Shown in pieces: positions 20,874 to 30,657 of a DNA stretch of 64,000 nucleotides (its first letter is position 1; every line of letters starts with the position of its first letter). The DNA lies in NCBI GenBank assembly GCA_963823665.1, contig CAWGMQ010000007.1, forward strand, positions 128,001-192,000. The letters are read 5' to 3'. The translations under genes and the position numbers were made by a program. The notes beneath the pieces are model-generated. The model was not told the origin of the DNA. It was given only the letters and a program-made list of their open reading frames with translations, and ran no database searches. Source of the stretch: an uncultured Planctomycetota bacterium (GTDB lineage Bacteria; Planctomycetota; Planctomycetia; Isosphaerales; Isosphaeraceae).

Positions 20874-21568
20874 CGAACCACCTCGACTTCCAATCGTTGA
20901 AGCACGTGGAGAAAATCCTGATATGACTCACCGATCCCTTCGAGGAAAGCTACCATATCGCCAACCGACGAGAGCTTACGTTCATAATTCGCATTCACGT
21001 GACCCTTTCCGGCTGAATCTTTTGGCTTGACGATTTGGAACTCCACGCGATATTGTCCGCTCCGAAAGGTGATTTGCGCGCCAATGCGCAGCTCGTCGCG
21101 CCCTCCCGTCCATACTTGAATCGTCTCCCGGCCGACTCCTAGACGAGCATCGAACGCCAATTCGTCCTCATTCGAGCCAAATTCAATCATTCCATTGAAA
21201 TTGACTCCGCAATCCTGAAGCGGCGTATACTTCAACAAATCGCCGAAGTATCGCCGCGTTATCTTTCCGATGGTCGTCCCCGCCGGGTCATTAAAATAGC
21301 CGTTGTCTACGACCTGAAATCGCTGTCCGTCAACGGTTATCGAGACCGGACCATACCGGATGGACGACACCACGGGGGTTGAAATGAACTCCGAGAACGG
21401 AGACTCTCCGGACGCTGGAGCTCCGCTGCAGCTTCCGAGTAGTTTCAAAAAGGGCTCATCGTCCAGAGGCAGAACGCTGTTCTGGATCAAAAAATCATGG
21501 TTCAAGATTTGCGGATTATGCTTACCAATCAGGACGATGCTAGCGTACTGTCCTTTGAAGGTTGCCAT
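20870..21568 (-). CDS. Hypothetical protein (TIGR04255-like?), first gene of the HEPN operon
   Basis: 232 aa ORF with SIVLIG.HNP.IL N-terminus and GVNF motif; lower GC than flanks. Confidence 0.65.
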   Translation of the reverse strand: MATFKGQYASIVLIGKHNPQILNHDFLIQNSVLPLDDEPFLKLLGSCSGAPASGESPFSEFISTPVVSSIRYGPVSITVDGQRFQVVDNGYFNDPAGTTIGKITRRYFGDLLKYTPLQDCGVNFNGMIEFGSNEDELAFDARLGVGRETIQVWTGGRDELRIGAQITFRSGQYRVEFQIVKPKDSAGKGHVNANYERKLSSVGDMVAFLEGIGESYQDFLHVLQRLEVEVVR

Positions 21569-22056
21569 TGCAGCCTATGGTTCCTTCAGAACGCCGGCAT
21601 TCCGACTTGCAAGGCGGCAATTGCCGGGAAGACCTCCGCTCAGGGCGGATACTATGCTGCCATGACTATCAGATCCCAGGCATAAGGTCAATAACTCCCA
21701 GCATTTATAGGTTCAGACACCGATGCCGCGGGAATTGCTCCCGCGCCAACCTCGACGGATTCCTGCCCGTATCGAAGCCCATCCTCGAACCGATGGGCGC
21801 TAGAACCGCACAGTTCGATCGCGCCGTATTGCCGTTCTTGCGAGCTCGCTGGCCGTGACCTGGAGCGTGAAATCCCGAGGCCTGATCGACGCAATCGATA
21901 TATCAACGTCGTGCTGATGACCAATCGCGCCGTCGGTAGGCTTCGGCGTCTTGAGGTGACCACGAGACGTTTTTCGTGCCAACTTCGTGGGCCAGAGGAG
22001 CGTGACAGGGATTCGCGGTTTACTTTGCGTGTTCAACACTCTGCGGGCTGCGTCGA

Positions 22057-22830
22057 TCAGCGAATTGAACCGTCAGCATTGATGTGATCCGCATGCGACA
22101 CGTAAATGGCCCCCGACTCACTTGCTTCATAATCGAATCCGCACAGGCCGCTGTCGGTTCCATTCGGCGTGAAGTTCCTCGGGATTGCGTAAACGGCACT
22201 GCCGCTTATGCCGCCAAAACTCGTCAGTGGTCGCTGACCCTCGGGCACGAACAACTCCACATCTCGATCTTCGTCTACGAGTACGAAATGACGATCGCTC
22301 ACTGAAACAACCGGAAGACCGATCGAGATTGGACTAGCGCCCAACACGCCGCTTTCTGGCATCCTGCCTTCTCCGGGGTATCCGTACAGGACCGCCATCA
22401 TCCCCGCCTCGGGACGACGCGGTGGCCACGAGTCGGCGATCGACCACATCTTTCCTTGTCGCAATACACGCAGCGAGGGTATGTGAAGAACCGCTAGGTC
22501 AAGCTCCTTGTCGAGTCCAAGGACTTCTGCTTCAGAGATATCGAGGAAGCGTGATCCATGAGTACCGGATATGACCATTTTGGCGTCATGTGCGCTCGCG
22601 CGATATGATAGGAATCTCTCATAGAAATGCTCGTTCGTAACCAACAGCTCCTTCTGTCCGGTATGTACGAGCGAGCCTGTGGCGTTTGTAAGGATGTCTT
22701 CGGCCGTCGGATCTGGCTTTGTCGTGATCGCGAGCATGACCGTGAAGTGGTCGAGGTATTTCTCGATCAACTGCGCGAACTCATGAGCCGTCATGCTGTT
22801 GCCTCGCGCGAGAGGTCGCGATCTGGTCAC
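22057..22830 (-). CDS. Trypsin-like serine protease
   Basis: ATGSLV, LVTNEH (His), DLAVL (Asp), GYP, GGISGSAV (Ser). Start is GTG 22830 or ATG 22794. Confidence 0.75.
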   Translation of the reverse strand: MTRSRPLARGNSMTAHEFAQLIEKYLDHFTVMLAITTKPDPTAEDILTNATGSLVHTGQKELLVTNEHFYERFLSYRASAHDAKMVISGTHGSRFLDISEAEVLGLDKELDLAVLHIPSLRVLRQGKMWSIADSWPPRRPEAGMMAVLYGYPGEGRMPESGVLGASPISIGLPVVSVSDRHFVLVDEDRDVELFVPEGQRPLTSFGGISGSAVYAIPRNFTPNGTDSGLCGFDYEASESGAIYVSHADHINADGSIR

Positions 22831-22934
22831 TCACAAGGAAACACTATAGCCAAAGCTAGCACCAGGACGATCAGCCCCCGCACGCTGAAGCGCAGGCACC
22901 TTCGCCAGGGACGCGAGACGGGGCCGGCCGGCAT
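22827..22934 (-). pseudogene. 35-codon truncated copy of the LRR-gene N-terminus
   Basis: MPAGPVSRPWRRCLRFSVRGLIVLVL versus MLAKPVSRPWRRFPRFSVRGMIVVVL. Confidence 0.75.
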
Positions 22935-23093
22935 CGTGCCTATTCTCGGGTTCGGAAATAGTGTTTAGATGGTTCACTTCCTGAGTCAAATCATACCAAG
23001 AACCAGCCGGCGGTTGACCAACGTTGATGATAGCGGATGCTTGGCGGAAGCATCCCTTGAGCTGGGCTTCGGCGGACGCCAATTCGGTGCCAC

Positions 23094-23609
23094 ATGAGCA
23101 ATGAACCCATAAACCCGGATTCTGCCGAGGGTCTGCAACCTGGGAAACCCCGGCGGAAAGCCGGCGTCGTCTCTGTATTGCTCCCTCTTGTCGTCGGCCT
23201 ACTGTCAGCGGTCGCTCAATGGTTCAACGCGTTTCGCCCATTCGAAGGGCTCAATCCTCTCGACCCGGCTGCTGGCGGGATCGCGTGGGCGCTTTTGATC
23301 TTATCGGTGGCGCTTTTTCTGATCGTTGTTGCATTCTACTCGATGACGCTGGCGACCAGACGCGGCCTCTTTTGGGTAAACGGAGCCGTCATTGCGATCG
23401 CTGCGGGCTTATTGCTGATCGCGTTCGCCGCGTGGCTTGCTCTCGTGGTGAACCGGTGGCTTTTCATTCCATTGCCGCCGATCTGGGTAGGTGGTCTCTC
23501 GTTTCTTGCGTCGTCTCCAAGCGGCCGTGCGCGAGGTTGGGCCTGTTCCCCCGGTTTTTCGGGAATTGCAAAGAAAGATCGATTGGTCGCCTCCCCTGGT
23601 GCAGAATAG
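23094..23609 (+). CDS. Hypothetical membrane protein (3-4 TM)
   Basis: Hydrophobic helices. Confidence 0.5.
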   Translation: MSNEPINPDSAEGLQPGKPRRKAGVVSVLLPLVVGLLSAVAQWFNAFRPFEGLNPLDPAAGGIAWALLILSVALFLIVVAFYSMTLATRRGLFWVNGAVIAIAAGLLLIAFAAWLALVVNRWLFIPLPPIWVGGLSFLASSPSGRARGWACSPGFSGIAKKDRLVASPGAE

Positions 23610-23655
23610 ACCATGACGAACCTTTGCGAGTGACGGCGAAGGGGTGGGCGACCTT

Positions 23656-24993
23656 ATGGCGACCAGGCCGAGGATCGAGGATGTAGGGGGACCGATTGCT
23701 CGACTGTTCGGCGAAGGGTCGGCCACGGGGATGGACGAAGGTGAGCTGCTCCGGCGGTTCGCCGTCGGCCGCGACCCGGTGGCGCTCGAGGTCCTCGTGG
23801 CCAGGCATGGACCGATGGTCCTGGGCGTCTGCCGGCGAGTCCTGGGCAACCGGCACTCGTCGGAAGACGCCTTCCAGGCCACGTTTCTCGTTCTGGCGAA
23901 GCGTGCCGGGTCGATCCGCGACCCGGATCGGCTCGGCCCCTCGCTGCACGGCGTGGCTCATCGGGTGGCCGTCCGGGCTCGGGCGGACCTCGCCAGACGG
24001 AACGCCCGCGAGCGACCAGGCGCGGAGGAACTGGCGATGGAGACATCGGCGGACGACTCGGGTTTCGACCGGCTCGAGCTGCGGGCCGCGCTTGATGAGG
24101 AGGTCCGCCGCCTTCCGGAGAAGTTCCGAGAACCGATCGTCCTCTGCTATCTCGACGGCTTGACTCACGACGAGGCCGCGAGTCGTCTGCGATGCCCGGT
24201 CGGCACGGTTCGCAGTCGCTTGTCGACCGGCCGGGCGAAGCTCCGCGAGCGGCTCACCCGTCGAGGGGTGGCGGTCCCCTCGGGCGTCTTCGCGGCGGTG
24301 CTAACCGCCGAAGGCGCCTCGGCCGCCGTGTCGCCCGTCTTGCTGAGTTCCACGGCAAAAGCCGCGACCGCGTTCGCGGGCGGCATGGCGGCGGCGACGG
24401 CGGCCGGGATGGTCTCGGCGGGAGTCGCCTCCCTGGCGGAAGGAGTGTCGAAGACCATGATTCTCTCCAAGTTCAAGATCGTCGGGGGCCTGGCCCTCGC
24501 TGGGATGCTGACTCTGGGCGTCGGGGCCGTCGCGTCCTACCAGGCCGGCTCGAAGGGCCAGGATGCCAGGGTCGAGAAGCCGGCCAAGGACAAGGCCAAG
24601 ATGGCCGAGAAGGGGCCGAAGCTCGATGACACCGTGAAGGCTGCCGAGGCCTACCTCGACCTGCTCGACGAGGGCAAGTACGCAGAAAGCTGGGACGCCA
24701 TGTCGGCGGTCGCCCACAAGGCGATCGCTCGGGCCGGTTGGGCGGAGAACGTCGGCAAGGTCCGCACGGCCACCGGCAAGCTCAACCGCCGGAAGCTCAA
24801 GCGGCTCGACCTGAGGGCGACCGGCGCCGCCGACCGATTCAACCAGGCCTGGTTCTACGCCGAATTCCGGGCCGTCGGGGGCGAGACCTGGTCCGAGCTG
24901 GTCATCTTGACCCTCGAAAAGGGCAAGGATTGGAAGATCGACACCTACATGATCGGCGATCCCACCAAGATCCCCCAACCCCCGGCCGAGTAG
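23656..24993 (+). CDS. ECF sigma factor with TM helix and C-terminal DUF4019-like domain
   Basis: RHGPMVLGVCRRVL..EDAFQATFLVL, LCYLDGLTHDEAA..GTVRSRL. C-terminal AAEAYL.LLD.GKY.ESW. Confidence 0.85.
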   Translation: MATRPRIEDVGGPIARLFGEGSATGMDEGELLRRFAVGRDPVALEVLVARHGPMVLGVCRRVLGNRHSSEDAFQATFLVLAKRAGSIRDPDRLGPSLHGVAHRVAVRARADLARRNARERPGAEELAMETSADDSGFDRLELRAALDEEVRRLPEKFREPIVLCYLDGLTHDEAASRLRCPVGTVRSRLSTGRAKLRERLTRRGVAVPSGVFAAVLTAEGASAAVSPVLLSSTAKAATAFAGGMAAATAAGMVSAGVASLAEGVSKTMILSKFKIVGGLALAGMLTLGVGAVASYQAGSKGQDARVEKPAKDKAKMAEKGPKLDDTVKAAEAYLDLLDEGKYAESWDAMSAVAHKAIARAGWAENVGKVRTATGKLNRRKLKRLDLRATGAADRFNQAWFYAEFRAVGGETWSELVILTLEKGKDWKIDTYMIGDPTKIPQPPAE

Positions 24994-25071
24994 GGATCAC
25001 CCGCCAGGCCGGCCGAGGGGCGAGGACCGCCGGCGATCGTCCACGGGGTCTCCACGGGGTCAGACCTAGTT

Positions 25072-25630
25072 GTGCGCCGTGTAGAAGGTGTTGATCTTCA
25101 GTGGGTGCAAATCCCACCCGGCATCTGGGTCGCTCCAGCCGGTAGCTATCGAAGCGACGAGGGGAGGAAACGAAACCGTCGGAGCCTTCGAGACAGACGG
25201 GTCGCTTTGGCGATTCGGCGAGCCGACAGGCCGTAATAACCAGTGAACGTTGAGCAGGCCTCGAAACGACCAATGTGGACGCCGACCTTGCATTAGGATG
25301 GGGAAGGCCGCAGCCGCTGGCTAGGGAAACGGTTGGAATAGGCCGTCCCACGAGCGATCAAGGCCCAGTGGGCGACCGGGGTAATGACGACGGCATGTCG
25401 GTAAACGGAGATCGAACGCAACACGGGAAACCCATGCAGTGAGGGCGCGTGACCCTCAACCGGACGCCCGCGAGGGACTGGCCGGGCCGCTTGGGGTGGC
25501 GAAGAGGCCCCCGTAGTATCTGCGAAGCCGGGCAACTCCGGTGGAGGGAAGGGACCTTGGTTCAAGGTCAACGTCATACGCATCCGACATCCAGGAGATT
25601 GGCGTGAGCCTACTACCTCCATCCGATAGT
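25072..25630 (+). mobile_element. Group II intron 5' fragment (no RT ORF, no domain V/VI)
   Basis: Begins GTGCG with group II-like 5' segments; ends at GGAG..GTG agcctactacct, resembling an IEP start; no domain V motif seen. Confidence 0.75.
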
Positions 25631-26024
25631 TTACCTGACCCCGTCAATCACTTAGAGCCTTCCACCGATCGTCCACTGGGTCCTACTTCGACGCAGAGGA
25701 GGCGATAGGCAAACTCGACGTTAAGAAAAAGTACCGGATCGAAGTCTACTGGAATACCCCGTCATCGGCTTACGACGTCTGCACCTCGCCACCCAATTGG
25801 TCGCCACTTCCTTTCGACAGCGCATCGCCGCCGCAATAGTGGATCAATCCCAGCCAACGGAGTCCGGCGGAGCCGGCGTGGCGCAGTGAATCGGCGCGAA
25901 GGTCGCCGTATGTTTTCAACGCCCCCTGCTCGGAGTTCTTGTGGCCAGCATGGCTTCGAGTATGATTACCGCTGATTCTGATCGGGTCGTCAGACCAGTG
26001 TGACCCTTCGCCGACGGGGTTAGT

Positions 26025-26216
26025 ATGAAGAACAAAGCGCAAGCTTTCGCTGGCATAGGGGCGCTGATCGGCGCCGTTTTTAACGGGTTCATGGCAGCCC
26101 GAAAGTATGACTTCTCGGTCACTGCCCAAATGCAGCAGGGTGTCGGCTACATACTCGGTGGCCTCATCGTCGGGGCGATTGCTGGCTACATCCTCGGCAA
26201 GTTGCTCAAAGCTTGA
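26025..26216 (+). CDS. Small 2-TM membrane protein
   Basis: 63 aa with two Gly-rich hydrophobic helices. Confidence 0.6.
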   Translation: MKNKAQAFAGIGALIGAVFNGFMAARKYDFSVTAQMQQGVGYILGGLIVGAIAGYILGKLLKA

Positions 26217-27026
26217 AACGGCGCGGGGCGGAGTCCCGTCCGACATCGGCGAGTCTCGGCCATGGGGTGAAACCGCCTCGACTGGGGGATTCGCAAAGCT
26301 CCCACAGATTCTGCTGCAACTGTTGCGTCAATCCAATAAACCCCGCTAGAACTGCGTTCGCGGTCATTGAACGGCGTCCCCACCATCACCCGGTTCGTCC
26401 TCGGCCAGCTCGTCGGCGAGGCTCCGTTGCGCCGAGTGACCCACCGTCAGCACATGGACCGTGCCGCGCCTGATTGTGAAGAGCACGCGGTAGACGCCGC
26501 GCCGCTTGCCATGGAGCAGCACCCGGACTTCCTGGCCATAGCCTTCGGAATCGGAATCGATCGGGCAGCTTGGGATTAACCTTCAACTGGCGATCGCTGC
26601 GCGGAGCATCAGCGCCCAATGCACGGCGGTCCCCAGAGACCCCGACTGGCCAAGAATCCAGTGGGCGCCAAGGTGGATGTCTCGCTCCGCCTGACGCTGG
26701 ACGACGACATGGTCGGCCATCGACGGGCCTTGGCCCGGCGGAGATCCTTTTCCCGTGTGTCGAACACGCCATCCATCGGCGTCCCCTCGCCGTTTTCGGC
26801 CGTGCGCAAGTCGAGCCCTCTATTCACGTCTTCATTATTAACGGGCGCGCCGTCGCGCAGGCCGGGTCCGATTGTAAAGCCGCTCCCCGTGCAAACAGCC
26901 CTGATCGATGAAAGTCTGCGCGGGCGCGATACGCGACAGTGATCAACCGCACACATTGGCGTCGACATTCAACGTCGGCCTCCGGTGATCGCTGCGAATT
27001 CCTCAATTCCCGACGGAGAGCGAGTG

Positions 27027-27947
27027 ATGAACGCATCAGAACAACCGTCGAAACCAGACGACCGGCTTTCTGGCTCCGCTTTGCCATCCCGCGTCGGGAG
27101 CGGTGGCAAGTCCAGTTGGCCCGGGCGGTCCGATGGCATGGATCGCGCAACAAACGTCACTCGCAAGCGGTCGGGACCGCTCAGCCGCGCCCATGACCAA
27201 TCAGTCCATCGCAAACCCTGGATGCTGATTCTTCGATTGGTGCAACGGCATTCTCTGGGATTCCTGCTGGTTTGCTTTGGGGTACTCTCGTGGTGGGCCG
27301 GTAATGAGTTCCTGCAACGTACGCGGACCAACGACCCCAGGGAGAAACCCGGGTACTCACCCCCACTCAAAAGCGCCCCTCCACTTTCGCCCAGCGCCAA
27401 GAACAATAATGCAAATGCCGCGCTGGGTCTCGCGGCTGACCTCGAAGGAACGGCCGTTTTCTATCGTGAAGAAGTCGCTCGTCTCGTACGCCATGACGGC
27501 GAATTTCGCATCGACCTTTCACTCGACGAGCTTGCAACGATATTGAAGGTCGATCGTCAAACCATCGCCAAGAAAGGCTCAAGCGTGGAAGTCGATCCAG
27601 ACGCAGTGCTTTTCACGGCTGTGGCGGCCAGACAGACCGAGAAGGCAAAGGCCCAGGCGCGGCGAGACAGGGAAATTCAGGTGCGCATGGGAATGCCCGC
27701 ATCAGCCGTCGGTGACGAATGGCAGCTCACCAAGCTCACGTTCAGCTTGAACGACCTGATTCGACCTGACCAGCACCAAATGCACGTGCTCTACGCCATC
27801 CGCCGTTCAGCTCTGCATGCCGGGAAAAAGCCCGGAGCGAAGTTCAATGCCGAGCCGTTCCTGATCGATCGAGCCGACGAGCAACCGGCCTTCGCAGGAG
27901 GTTATCTGCCCCTGGAGGCGCCGCCATCCGCGGACGATGAGCATTGA
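27027..27947 (+). CDS. Hypothetical single-TM protein
   Basis: Long ORF with one TM segment; start uncertain. Confidence 0.5.
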   Translation: MNASEQPSKPDDRLSGSALPSRVGSGGKSSWPGRSDGMDRATNVTRKRSGPLSRAHDQSVHRKPWMLILRLVQRHSLGFLLVCFGVLSWWAGNEFLQRTRTNDPREKPGYSPPLKSAPPLSPSAKNNNANAALGLAADLEGTAVFYREEVARLVRHDGEFRIDLSLDELATILKVDRQTIAKKGSSVEVDPDAVLFTAVAARQTEKAKAQARRDREIQVRMGMPASAVGDEWQLTKLTFSLNDLIRPDQHQMHVLYAIRRSALHAGKKPGAKFNAEPFLIDRADEQPAFAGGYLPLEAPPSADDEH

Positions 27948-27989
27948 ACGGCCGGATTTCATTGCGACCACAAGAGGACATAGCAATCA

Positions 27990-28161
27990 TTGCCCGACTT
28001 GGGAAATTGATTGGCTCGACAAGGAGCTGTTCCTGGCACCCCCACAGGGCGAAAAGCGGCAGCTCGATCTGGTGGCTCGACTGCGGCTACGGCCCGGCGC
28101 GCCACCGCCGCGACCGGGAACAAGCGATCTGAAAAGCCTCTCGTACTGTTCAGCCGGCTAG
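27990..28161 (+). pseudogene. Fragment of an Rpn/PD-(D/E)xK-like protein
   Basis: WLDKELF..PP.GE.R.LDLVA.LR motif, then premature stop; boundaries approximate. Confidence 0.45.
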
Positions 28162-28193
28162 TCCCCATCACACACCCGGCCTCGGCCAGCTCC

Positions 28194-28333
28194 GGCGCCA
28201 TCGAAAAGCTCGCGGCGTGAGCCCCGAGTTCCCCGGAAAAGCCGTCAGCCACCGATCACGAGCCAAGCCCCCATGGGAGGGCGCCATCGTAAAGCTCGGG
28301 GCGTGAGCCTCGAGTTCCCCGGAGAGTGGGTCA
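28194..28333 (+). repeat. Two 54-bp direct repeats (28194-28247, 28280-28333), each with a GTGA-loop hairpin
   Basis: ggcgccatcg.aaagctcg.ggcgtgagcc.cgagttccccgga. Confidence 0.8.
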
Positions 28334-28419
28334 ATGGCGACATGCCGCGGACGGCGCTTGCAGTTGTCTGACTTATGTGATACGCTGTCTGACAATAATC
28401 CGGCGGCGGGGGAAGGTAT

Positions 28420-28665
28420 ATGGAACGAATTAATGTCCGCGTCGATCAGCGACTCAAGCGAGAACTCGAAAGCGAAGCCAGGGAGAAGGGCATCAGCCCG
28501 TCCGACATCGTGCGGCAGGTGCTGGAAGAACACATGCGCCTACGAACGCCACGCCCCAATTGCCGCGATCTTGCCGAGCGCCTGGGCATTCTAGGCTCCG
28601 CCAAGGGCTTACCCGCCGACCTGAGCACGAACCCTGCGCACATGGAAGGCTTTGGGCGTGATTGA
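28420..28665 (+). CDS. Ribbon-helix-helix antitoxin
   Basis: RINVRVD..L..EA...GIS.SDIVR; C-terminal DLSTNP.HMEGFG; overlaps the PIN gene. Confidence 0.85.
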   Translation: MERINVRVDQRLKRELESEAREKGISPSDIVRQVLEEHMRLRTPRPNCRDLAERLGILGSAKGLPADLSTNPAHMEGFGRD

Positions 28666-29080
28666 ACGGGTCCTCATCGACACCGGGCCGATGGTCGCCC
28701 TCTTCTCTGAGGATGACGCGTACCACGAGCGCTGTCGAGACGCCCTGACCGGCCTGATCCCTCCTCTCTTTACCTGCTGGCCCGTAGTTACCGAAGCCGC
28801 ATGGTTGCTGCGCAAGCGGCCTGCTACCGTGCAGAAGCTCTTCGCTAGCTTTGGCGGCGGGCTGTTTGCCCTGCTTGCACTCGACGCCACCGACTTGCCC
28901 GCCATCGCGGCAGTCATGAAACGCTACGAATCGGCCGGCGTGCAATTCGCCGATGCCACATTGGCCCATCTTGCCGAGCGCGAAAACATCCGTAGCGTCT
29001 TTACTACTGACCGCCGGGATTTCTCGATCATCCGCCTCAAGCGCAACCGAGCTCTCAAGCTTCTACCGGAGCTGCAATGA
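28658..29080 (+). CDS. PIN-domain (VapC-like) toxin
   Basis: LIDTG, VVTEA, FADA, TTDRRDF. Confidence 0.9.
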   Translation: MIERVLIDTGPMVALFSEDDAYHERCRDALTGLIPPLFTCWPVVTEAAWLLRKRPATVQKLFASFGGGLFALLALDATDLPAIAAVMKRYESAGVQFADATLAHLAERENIRSVFTTDRRDFSIIRLKRNRALKLLPELQ

Positions 29081-29291
29081 CCCGATCGGGGCGATCGGGG
29101 ACACCGCCGAAGCGGAACCCGAAGACCACTCGACCATGTGCGCCTGGGGCCGCGGGCACGAATCGAAGCCGAGAGTGGCTGTCAATCCAGTCCTCGTTGT
29201 TCCCCACGAGAACTTGGCCCCCACGGCATGTCGTGAAAATCGTGCAAGCCCTTCCGGAATCCGTGCACGAAAAGATTACGCTGAAGATCAT
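29055..29291 (-). pseudogene. N-terminal fragment of an Ntn-hydrolase (C59/C45-like)
   Basis: ACTIF...LVGNNEDW..HG.V.FGF, truncated where it meets the PIN gene. Confidence 0.55.
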
Positions 29292-29780
29292 CAAAGCCCC
29301 ACGGGCACCATACGGCATGTTGTATCCCTTCGACTGTTTGACTTGACTACCAAAGCTTCCTCTCGAGGATTCCTTCGGGACGGTAACTTATTCTCGCGAA
29401 ACCGAGAACCAGCGGCGAGAGTTGTTCTCCCAACGATCGGCGACTTTCTGCATCTGCCTGGGACGACTACAAACGGTACATGCCGAGATGGATTCCGAGG
29501 TTGACGCCGTGGAACGGTGGAGCGGGAGCGCTCTGTTAAATATTCAGTAAATGCAAATACTTTTAAATTGACTATGTCAGACCATTACAATAGTATAATA
29601 ACTAACGAGAACCCAAACAGGCGGGCAGACTGTGACACCGGAATGCTGAATCTCTTGGTGCCGGTGGTCCGTACGATCCGTCCCTCCTCGTTTCCACCTC
29701 AGATCTGGGCTCCCCTTGGCGGACAGGGTCATGTATTGCCCTGCCTCCAGTGTGTCACACCCATTTGGAGACTGAATCCG

Positions 29781-30128
29781 ATGGCAACCGCAACCCTTAA
29801 AATGCAGAAGGCGACGAAGTCTGCACTGGCTATGAACGAGACGCTGTTGCGTACAAAGACCTTTCAGCGGGCAGCTAATCTGCTCAAGCAAGTCAGCGAC
29901 CCGACCCGACTCCAGGTCATCACCCTGCTTTCCGAACGGGAGCACCATGTCGGGGGGCTGTGCGATCACTTTAACATGAGCCACCCCGCGGTGAGCCACC
30001 ACCTGGCGCTGTTGCGGCACGGGGGAATCGTCGATCGCCGCCGGCAGGGCAAGAACAACTTCTACGCGCTCACCGAAACCGGATATCGGCTTTCCAAAGT
30101 GATCAAAGGCGTGATTTTGCAAGATTAG
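29781..30128 (+). CDS. ArsR/SmtB-family regulator
   Basis: DPTRLQVI.LL..S.PAVSHHL.LLR..G.V..RR.GK..FY.L. Confidence 0.9.
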   Translation: MATATLKMQKATKSALAMNETLLRTKTFQRAANLLKQVSDPTRLQVITLLSEREHHVGGLCDHFNMSHPAVSHHLALLRHGGIVDRRRQGKNNFYALTETGYRLSKVIKGVILQD

Positions 30129-30136
30129 TGATTCAT

Positions 30137-30221
30137 ACCGTGAGATGGGACGAAGCAAGGCGTTCGGCTTTGTCGAGATGGACACCGACGCCCAGGCTGA
30201 GGCAGCGATCCAGGGACTCAA
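30137..30221 (+). pseudogene. About 85-bp duplicate of the RRM gene core
   Basis: Matches 31209-31293 with 2 mismatches. Confidence 0.85.
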
Positions 30222-30657
30222 CGTCGTCGAAGAAAAGGTGCCAGGAACCAAAAACGGCTTTTCCGGTACACGTCATCTGATGGATGCCAGCGCGCGAGCA
30301 CCCAGTACGCCCGCACGGGGCCGGAAAAGCGGGCGTGGCTATTTTTCACTCCAAAGGCCACGCCACGGTCAGTTCAGCCCGGGTTGAACTAAACCGCTCC
30401 GCGTTCGGCAAGAACAAGTTTCCGCTCGACCTTGCTGTGAAGCGGCATTTCTCCTCGACTGTCCTCCCCCTGTCAAGGCTGCACTGGCGCGATCGAATGA
30501 GGCTCGCCCTCGGGAGTGACTCGAGCAAGCCGTTTGTCGCTGGGGGAGCCTGCCTTGTCCCTCGCCAGGCTTTCCCCTTGGGAGATGAGCCATCCGTGGT
30601 CATCTGCCGAGGTAAGGGAAAACGCCGCCCTGAAGCGAGAGCGCTTCATGCGGGGGC

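Noticed and set aside
28194..28333. CRISPR mini-array
   Set aside because: Two 54-bp imperfect repeats only and no cas genes
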